From an uncultured Bacteroidota bacterium (GTDB taxonomy: Bacteria; Bacteroidota; Ignavibacteria; Ignavibacteriales; Ignavibacteriaceae), in the NCBI GenBank assembly GCA_963710735.1, contig CAVQBN010000011.1, forward strand, positions 10,682 through 74,681: a stretch of 64,000 nucleotides of DNA, written 5' to 3'. The notes below the pieces were generated by a model. That model was given only the letters and a program-made list of their open reading frames with translations. It did no database searches and was not told the origin of the DNA. Positions 58,701 through 64,000 of this stretch are shown piece after piece. A program made the position numbers and the translations under genes. How positions within the stretch are numbered: position 1 is the stretch's first letter; the number at the start of each line of letters is the position of its first letter.

Positions 58701-59893
58701 AAATCTCTCTTTCAAAACAAGATTTATCAAATCAAGTTTGGAATGATAAAGGGAAATCGGCTAAAAACTTTGTGGAAATAAAAATCCGCGATACCGGCAT
58801 TGGAATTCCACAATCTGAAATTACAAAATTATTTGATAGATTTTATCAGGTAGACAGTTCTCTTACAAGAGAACATGAAGGAACCGGTATCGGCTTGGCG
58901 CTTACAAAGGAATTAGTTGAATTACATCGCGGCAGAATTAGTGTGAACAGCGAACTTGGGAAATGGACAGAGTTTACTATAAATCTACCATTGGGTTTTG
59001 ATCATCTGAAGGAGGATGAAATATTTACTGAAGAAATTGAAGAACAAGAAGTAGTAAAACCTGTCATGGATGAAGAAAGTATTAAAATTTCAGATGACAT
59101 AGAAAATGAAATTGCTGAAAAAAATATTGAAACTTCAAAAGATATTATTTTAGTAGTAGAAGATAATTATGATATGCGGAAGTATATTAAAAACTCTTTA
59201 TCAAATTCTTATTTAGTTGAAGAAGCAATTAACGGAGAGCAGGGATTAAGAAAAGCTGAAAAAATAATTCCTGATTTAATTATAAGCGATATAATGATGC
59301 CGAAGATGGATGGGAATGAGTTAACTAAGAAATTAAAGAATGACGAAAGAACCAGCCACATCCCTATTATTATTTTAACTGCAAAAACCGGACAAGATAA
59401 TAAATTGGAAGGACTAAAAACCGGTGCCGACGATTATCTAATCAAACCTTTTGATACGCAGGAGCTAAATGTAAGAATACAAAATTTGATTAAACTTAGA
59501 AAAAATCTTCAAGAAAAATACGGCAAAGGAGAACCGGTTCATTTGCATGGGGATAAAAAACTCCGCAAGATAGACGAACAATTTCTAACCAAAGTATTGG
59601 AGGTTATAGAAAGCCACATTTCAGATGAAAGCTTTAGCATAGAAGATTTTAGTTATGAAATAGGAATGAGCCGAACACAGCTTCACAGAAAATTAAAAGC
59701 ATTAGTTGGAAAGTCGGCGAGTCAATATTTAAGAACCATAAGGCTGGCTAGAGCAAAAAAACTGATTGAAGAGGAAAACAGCAATATATCGGAAATAGCA
59801 TATTCAGTAGGTTTCTCCAGCCCGGCATATTTTACAAAATGTTTTAAAGAAGAATTTGGTTATCCGCCGAGCGAAATCAAGTTTTTGAAATAA
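55703..59893 (+). CDS. hybrid two-component system regulator: periplasmic beta-propeller/Y_Y_Y sensor, TM, HisKA-HATPase, receiver, AraC HTH
   Basis: 1396 aa. Repeated W(I/L).T..GL propeller motifs and a TM helix (WWAYLTYAAFTLFALYLI). H-box FFANISHEFRTPLT, G-boxes DTGIGIP and GTGIGLALTKELV. Receiver ILVVEDN...DLIISDIMMPKMDG. AraC HTH at the C-terminus. Confidence 0.9.
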   Translation: MNNKVLKLYSLIFLIIFSLSEFLFAQLNPNNLVQFNEKDGLPGAEIGQVMQDHLGYIWIPSLSGLTRYNGYEFKRYLMNLHDSTSIKTTIIGSLFEDSKRNIWIGGTGTIDVYNPYNKSFKQFENGALSDFTQLIDINSISESENGVIYFGVCENTAPAFKNSSSEISNCLLYYDEKDGIIKKFQPPKGIVIKRVYRLRSDSNKNIWVLSKSGLFKIDRKNNFTKIKAFNEELINNNGIIHDFKIDKNGIIWITGYNSKFFSFDTKTEKTNIYSLNGLFKGFDNKLVTRAIAVDKFNNIWLGSNQGLIFFDRTKKKFDIFQNESDRQIERADIYGLNFDSFGSLWIGTESKGLLKYDERTLFESFSYNKVENNSLTGGWANRIIEGKNGKIWITTSDDNLNNFGLNEFDPKTRKIKRWFIQKFLPNCHALYGIYQLSKNQFYLGTDLGLFLFNSTNNSIKKIIFNGLSENSFIYDFYNDTKGNLWLCTNAGIYKRNKGSEKFIHYYLISSDSLRSVSNQVTRVIESKHYGLWFCTDNGLFLYNYDKDKFERRGFDIKSGSVFPCQDINSLYEDKNGIVWVGEWEGGLSRYNPLTGEIKNYSTNDGLPSMNIQGILGDEKNNTLWLSTFEGLVRFDKSTKQFTNYTTEDGIQSQLFADGSYLKTSTGLFIFGGSNGITVFNPNDIVRNSIPPKVFLTDLKISNKSILPGKNSILKKPIYDTDEITLDHNDNNISIDFIALHYLNPSKNQYAYILENYEKEWRSVGNQRSAYYSNLPPGEYMFRVKASNNHDLWNEKGAELKIIIKPPWWETWWAYLTYAAFTLFALYLIRRYEMNRISYKHQIKINEAVLKEKEETEKIKSQFFANISHEFRTPLTLILGPAEKIITNSTKDIKKEAGIIKTNASRLLHLVNQLLDLSKLESEKLKLKASKQNIVSFIKWIALSFESLSESKDITLQLITEQEYIELYFDKEKMTKIFTNILSNAFKFTPEEGKITITIKEISLSKQDLSNQVWNDKGKSAKNFVEIKIRDTGIGIPQSEITKLFDRFYQVDSSLTREHEGTGIGLALTKELVELHRGRISVNSELGKWTEFTINLPLGFDHLKEDEIFTEEIEEQEVVKPVMDEESIKISDDIENEIAEKNIETSKDIILVVEDNYDMRKYIKNSLSNSYLVEEAINGEQGLRKAEKIIPDLIISDIMMPKMDGNELTKKLKNDERTSHIPIIILTAKTGQDNKLEGLKTGADDYLIKPFDTQELNVRIQNLIKLRKNLQEKYGKGEPVHLHGDKKLRKIDEQFLTKVLEVIESHISDESFSIEDFSYEIGMSRTQLHRKLKALVGKSASQYLRTIRLARAKKLIEEENSNISEIAYSVGFSSPAYFTKCFKEEFGYPPSEIKFLK

Positions 59894-60104
59894 ATTATTT
59901 TATCTTATCCAAATTTTCAACTCTTCCATTTAAAAAATCCTCTAATTAACACATTTTCCTATATGTAACATAAATATAAATGTATGCAACATATATTGCT
60001 AGTAAATGGCATAATTCTGCATAATTTCGTCACATTGTTGATAGGTTGCCCCCATAATTATTTCATTTATTAGACTCGTAATTTTTTTAATTGCGAGGCA
60101 TAAA

Positions 60105-62231
60105 ATGAAAATAATTTTTTTAATAATTTTAATTTTCTTTATAAACTTTATGACTCTTCCGCAGCAGAAAATAGTAAACTGCAGTACTTCTTATAAGGAA
60201 ACTCCTCAAGATTTATCACAGCGCGGAGGAAAATATATTACTTCTTTGGGTACGTTAAAGTTATTAGTTGTGTTTGCAAAATTTAAAGATGATAACAGTC
60301 CTCATCAGTATTGGCCTGCTGACTCTTATCCTAAAGAAATGAAAAACTTTATTGACTCGAGCATGGATGTCGGATCGACACATTACTTAAATTTAACTAA
60401 TTATTATAATCAAATGTCATTCGGAAACTTTAAGGTTATTGGAAAATCTATTGGAGTAGAAACCCCCTATCCGATGAGTCATTACATTCAAGGGAATGAC
60501 ACACTTCCAAATAGAGCGCAGGCCAACAAAGATATCTTATTAGCCGCTGATGATTCTATAAATTATAAAGAATTCGATAACTGGACTTATGAAACCGATT
60601 ATTGGCAGGAAAATAAGCCTGACGGTATTGTTGATATGATAGTTGTTATCTGGCGCGGGCTTGTTTTTGGTAATCAATGGAGCGGAGAAGCCTCGCTGGG
60701 TGGTGGTGCGGAATTTTCCGTCGAAAACAATCATGAAAAAATTCGGATGGGATTTGGAGGAACGCCTGGTGCAGGCAGCAACGGTTCCGGTGTCACGGTT
60801 CAATACTGGGGAGAAAGACCGCCTCAAAGGAATTTTAAAAATGTTGTTCATGAGATAGCACATTGGTTAATTAGTGCTTATCATCCATATACCGAATTTA
60901 ATCATACATTTTGGGGTATGCTTACACCACCGACCGAAGGAATATGTGCAAATTCTTTTGAAAGAGAAAGGCTTGGCTGGCTGAATCCTATTTTGATTGA
61001 CGGAACAATATTAAGTGCACCAATGGGTGATTATGTTACAACACCTTCAGCATACAAATATTATCCAAGCAACGGTTACCCGGGAGAATCGTTCTATTTC
61101 GAGAATCATCAAAAAGTAAGTATATATGACGATGCAACTACTAATCCAAATGATAAAGGCATATTTATTTTGCATTTTGCAAACGATACATATCAAGGCG
61201 ATAATGTAAGAGTAGTAACAGCAGATGGATTTTGGAACTGGAGCGCTCCTAATTATTCAGATGTTTGGGGAAATTATTTACCCAGTTTTAAAAAGGTTTC
61301 AGTAAATCGAAATGGCTTGGGTAATAGAGACAAAATATTCTTAAATGATACAACGAAGGATTTTATTTATTCATTTATTAACAATGATAACCAGGTAACA
61401 AATGGAGATTTTCTTCACGGGTATAATTTTAATGATGCTTTTAATACAAAATCAAATGATGTTTTTTCTCCTTGGAGTAATCCCCCTGCTTATACCTGGA
61501 GCGGCAACCCGACTAATTTTTTAATGGAAGTAATGAATCAAAGCGGAACGATCATTACTGTCAGGTTTACATCTACAGATGCCTGGGCAGGAAAGCCGTC
61601 GAAACCTTTTCTTGGATTCTGGTCCATGAATTCAACTAATACAAGTGCATACGGCAATGTATCTTTAGCCTGGGGTGCAGATTTATGGGATGGACTGCCT
61701 ATTGAACCGGACATTAATTGGTCGGAATTGCAGATGTCTTTAGATTCAACTTCCTGGAGTACAATTTACCAAGGTGCTGATAGATTTTGGACAGGCAACA
61801 TCTTAAAATACAATTCAGCAAATAAACTTAATTTTCAATTTAGAGTAAGAGTTAGAGATAACCAAAGCCAATGGTCAATGTGGTCAAATATTATTAGCCG
61901 AAGTTTTTCTGAGAATACTTTGACTTCGGTTAATGATACTGCTGCGAAGATAAATAATGAGAAAAACTTAAATTATACACTTGAACAAAACTATCCCAAT
62001 CCTTTTAATCCGTTCACAACAATTAGATATCAAATTCCTGGTCAAGGTTTGGTTACTCTCAAAGTTTATGATGAATTAGGCAGAGAAATAGAAACTCTTA
62101 TCAATCAATATCAAAGTAAAGGAAGTCATGAAATAAGTTTCAACGCAACTAAAATTTCCAGCGGAATTTATTATTATCAATTAAAAACCGGGAACTTTGT
62201 ATTAACCAAGAAAATGATTTTGCTGAAATAA
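60105..62231 (+). CDS. T9SS-secreted putative zinc metalloprotease (M6/InhA-like domain, FN3-like domain, C-terminal T9SS sorting domain)
   Basis: Signal peptide, GTLKLLVVFAKFKDD (M6-domain-like start) and HExxH at VVHEIAHW. The C-terminal ~80 aa (LEQNYPNPFNPFTTIRYQIP...GIYYYQLKTGNFVLTKKMILLK) is a classic Por/T9SS type-A CTD. Confidence 0.7.
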   Translation: MKIIFLIILIFFINFMTLPQQKIVNCSTSYKETPQDLSQRGGKYITSLGTLKLLVVFAKFKDDNSPHQYWPADSYPKEMKNFIDSSMDVGSTHYLNLTNYYNQMSFGNFKVIGKSIGVETPYPMSHYIQGNDTLPNRAQANKDILLAADDSINYKEFDNWTYETDYWQENKPDGIVDMIVVIWRGLVFGNQWSGEASLGGGAEFSVENNHEKIRMGFGGTPGAGSNGSGVTVQYWGERPPQRNFKNVVHEIAHWLISAYHPYTEFNHTFWGMLTPPTEGICANSFERERLGWLNPILIDGTILSAPMGDYVTTPSAYKYYPSNGYPGESFYFENHQKVSIYDDATTNPNDKGIFILHFANDTYQGDNVRVVTADGFWNWSAPNYSDVWGNYLPSFKKVSVNRNGLGNRDKIFLNDTTKDFIYSFINNDNQVTNGDFLHGYNFNDAFNTKSNDVFSPWSNPPAYTWSGNPTNFLMEVMNQSGTIITVRFTSTDAWAGKPSKPFLGFWSMNSTNTSAYGNVSLAWGADLWDGLPIEPDINWSELQMSLDSTSWSTIYQGADRFWTGNILKYNSANKLNFQFRVRVRDNQSQWSMWSNIISRSFSENTLTSVNDTAAKINNEKNLNYTLEQNYPNPFNPFTTIRYQIPGQGLVTLKVYDELGREIETLINQYQSKGSHEISFNATKISSGIYYYQLKTGNFVLTKKMILLK

Positions 62232-62357
62232 TGGCAGTTCAATTTGGGCTGCCTTCTGATCTTAGATTTATTTTTCCTTGTTAACCTTTAATTCAATTAT
62301 TTAATTCTGCTTTTTATTTATAGAACTCACTTTTTACAATTTTTCCACAATATATGT

Positions 62358-62390
62358 AAAGCATACTTGACATTTAGTCAAGGATGCTTT
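62358..62390. promoter_or_regulatory. 14-bp inverted repeat AAAGCATACTTGAC-n5-GTCAAGGATGCTTT overlapping a TTGACA-like box; candidate operator of the XRE module
   Basis: Arms at 62358-62371 and 62377-62390, 13 of 14 positions complementary. It lies about 40 nt upstream of the 62431 ATG and is followed by TATATTATAAAT. Confidence 0.5.
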
Positions 62391-62430
62391 ATATTATAAA
62401 TAATTTTATAATTGATTATTTGGGGCTGTA

Positions 62431-62865
62431 ATGAAAAATTTTTTAAAGAAATTTACATTTCCATATAAAACAACAATCTTAATTTCTTCTACTTTAATCC
62501 TAGTCCTGCCTTTCATAATTTTTTCAATTATTATTCCGGCACATGTTTCCACTTTACATAAAAGTGATTTCCAAATATTTAGGCTTGCCCTTTTCTCCTC
62601 AACTTTTTTAGCCATGTTAGGATTTATTTACTGTACGCTTGGATACCATTTTCAGATTCTTCGGGGTGATGAATTAAAGCTAAGAATACATTTAGAATCA
62701 CTGAATGCAGCATTTACAACTACGCTTGTTGCTTTTTTTATATTAATTTTCGTTTTTATAAATTTTTCACCCAAAATGCTTAACTGGATTCTGCTTATCC
62801 TTTCTGTCATTTTGATTTGTTCTTACTTGCTGGCAACACAATTTATAAGAGATAAGTATCAATGA
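62431..62865 (+). CDS. small integral membrane protein (about 4 TM helices)
   Basis: 144 aa with four hydrophobic segments. Its stop overlaps the start of the next gene (ATGA at 62862-62865). Confidence 0.55.
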   Translation: MKNFLKKFTFPYKTTILISSTLILVLPFIIFSIIIPAHVSTLHKSDFQIFRLALFSSTFLAMLGFIYCTLGYHFQILRGDELKLRIHLESLNAAFTTTLVAFFILIFVFINFSPKMLNWILLILSVILICSYLLATQFIRDKYQ

Positions 62866-63062
62866 AAAATAGATTGAAAGTTTTACGGGCGGAAAGGAAT
62901 TTATCTCAGGATGATCTTGCCAAACAGCTTAATGTTTCCCGCCAGACTATAAACGCAATTGAAAGGGAGAAATATGATCCCAGTTTACCCCTGGCTTTAA
63001 AAATTTCTAAGTTATTTGATAAAAAAGTTGAAGAAATATTTTTTCTAGATGACGATAAATAA
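62862..63062 (+). CDS. XRE-family HTH transcriptional regulator (short YozG-like type)
   Basis: MKNRLKVLRAERNLSQDDLAKQLNVSRQTINAIEREKYDPSLPLALKISKLF is a canonical 66-aa Cro/C1-type HTH. Confidence 0.85.
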   Translation: MKNRLKVLRAERNLSQDDLAKQLNVSRQTINAIEREKYDPSLPLALKISKLFDKKVEEIFFLDDDK

Positions 63063-63153
63063 AAAAGGAAAGACAGCACAATGTAATTGTTCTATTATGG
63101 AGGAAACTTTTTATAACCAGGCATTTTAATAATATTGAAACATTTCCACTTAC

Positions 63154-63570
63154 TTATTCTTTTATCTGCTGATCTCGCCCAAGTATCCAGCATCTCGTAT
63201 TATTTGTAAATCCTATATGCTCATAGTATGAATTAGCATCAGGTGCAGCTACTAAAATTAATTTGCACTTTGGACCTAAATTACCCTGCGTAATCATTTG
63301 CAGTTTTTTTCCTATTCCCATTTTCTGATAATCCTTATGAACCGCCAGGTCCGAAAGATAGCATGCATAATGAAAGTCTGTCATTGAGCGGGCAAACCCA
63401 ACTAATTTATCGCCGTCCCACGCTGATACGGTAAGATTACTGTTGTTCAACATTCCTTCAATACAGTCTCTATCATCTATAGGCCTTCGTTCTCCGAGTG
63501 TGGATTTTACCAACAGCCCTATAAATTGTTCTGCTTTAACAGGTTCGTTTATTTTGTATTTTATATTCAC
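63154..63570 (-). CDS. GNAT-family N-acetyltransferase
   Basis: 138 aa. The acetyl-CoA motif region is LAVHKDYQKMGIGKKL (Q/RxxGxG/A). Confidence 0.8.
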   Translation of the reverse strand: MNIKYKINEPVKAEQFIGLLVKSTLGERRPIDDRDCIEGMLNNSNLTVSAWDGDKLVGFARSMTDFHYACYLSDLAVHKDYQKMGIGKKLQMITQGNLGPKCKLILVAAPDANSYYEHIGFTNNTRCWILGRDQQIKE

Positions 63571-63734
63571 TGCTTCTTTGTCCGGAATAATTTGTTACAA
63601 AATTTCTCAATTTGAAAATTAAGATCTATGTGCGGCTGCTAATTTAATTTATCATAATGAATAAATCTACGAGGGAAAAATAGGAAAGAGAAAAAAATCA
63701 CCCTAAAAATTTATTGCAATAAAAAATCTTATAT

Positions 63735-63846
63735 CTGAAGTTACGCAAATAGTTGTTTTTGTCATTCCGAACTTGATTCGGAATCTAATTTTTAAGCTAT
63801 TTTGAGATGCTGAATCAAGTTCAGCATGACATCTGCGTAACTTCAG
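63735..63846. repeat. compound palindromic intergenic element: 13-bp outer inverted repeats enclosing two inverted copies of an 8-bp-stem hairpin
   Basis: Outer arms are CTGAAGTTACGCA (63735-63747) and TGCGTAACTTCAG (63834-63846). Hairpin 1 is ATTCCGAA-cttga-TTCGGAAT (63764-63784). Hairpin 2 is ATGCTGAA-tcaag-TTCAGCAT (63807-63827). Confidence 0.75.
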
Positions 63847-64000
63847 TTATTATAATAATATTGATAACAAGTTTTAGTTGTAAGCGGTTATGCATTATTA
63901 TATAGCAAAATTAAAACCGGCAAGGTAAGCAGTGGATGTCCCGCCTGCACTTAAAAATCTATAGTATTTTGAATTTATCTGACTGTTCAGTTTAAATAAA

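Noticed and set aside
63898-63999. An open minus-strand frame running in from the window end (...KLNSQINSKYYRFLSAGGTSTAYLAGFNFAI*), possibly the C-terminus of an outer-membrane beta-barrel protein.
   Set aside because: Only ~33 codons are visible, which is too little to call a gene or product.

Overview
This is a 64-kb stretch of low-GC bacterial chromosome. The gene content suggests an FCB-group organism (Ignavibacteria/Bacteroidota-like): a T9SS C-terminal sorting domain, a beta-propeller hybrid two-component/AraC regulator, a CarboxypepD_reg-type TonB receptor and a GGGP-synthase homolog. This placement is inference only. I recognised no rRNA, tRNA, CRISPR array, transposase or integrase.

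Most of the window is housekeeping. It includes etfBA, two trans-sulfuration PLP enzymes, pta, malQ and tex. It also includes the conserved block yggS-divIVA-(PNP, membrane protein)-ileS-dksA/ylyA-like-lspA-lspA-rluD-cysS.

The stand-out region is about 45.7-55.7 kb. Two ~0.3-kb direct repeats bound an island there, and each repeat carries a nearly identical DUF4242 gene. Inside are three complete head-to-tail paralogs (about 2.6 kb each, 9-nt spacers) of a large P-loop ATPase-TPR-LuxR (LAL/MalT-like, STAND-type) regulator. The island also holds a 5'-truncated remnant of a fourth copy, a third divergent DUF4242 gene and an orphan lipoprotein. A Ser/Thr kinase-TPR gene lies upstream, and a hybrid sensor kinase/AraC regulator with a T9SS-secreted metalloprotease lies downstream.

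Other notable points:
- A candidate metal-handling cluster behind a perfect 20-bp palindrome: DUF134 regulator, His-rich NifX-like protein, permease and TonB receptor.
- Two conserved genes interrupted by single-base frameshifts: an AzgA-type purine permease and gmhA.
- A DksA/YlyA-like protein with a histone-H1-like lysine-rich tail.
- Tandem lspA paralogs.
- A small compound palindromic element with compensatory base changes.

All calls come from reading the supplied translations and sequence by eye. No database searches were run.
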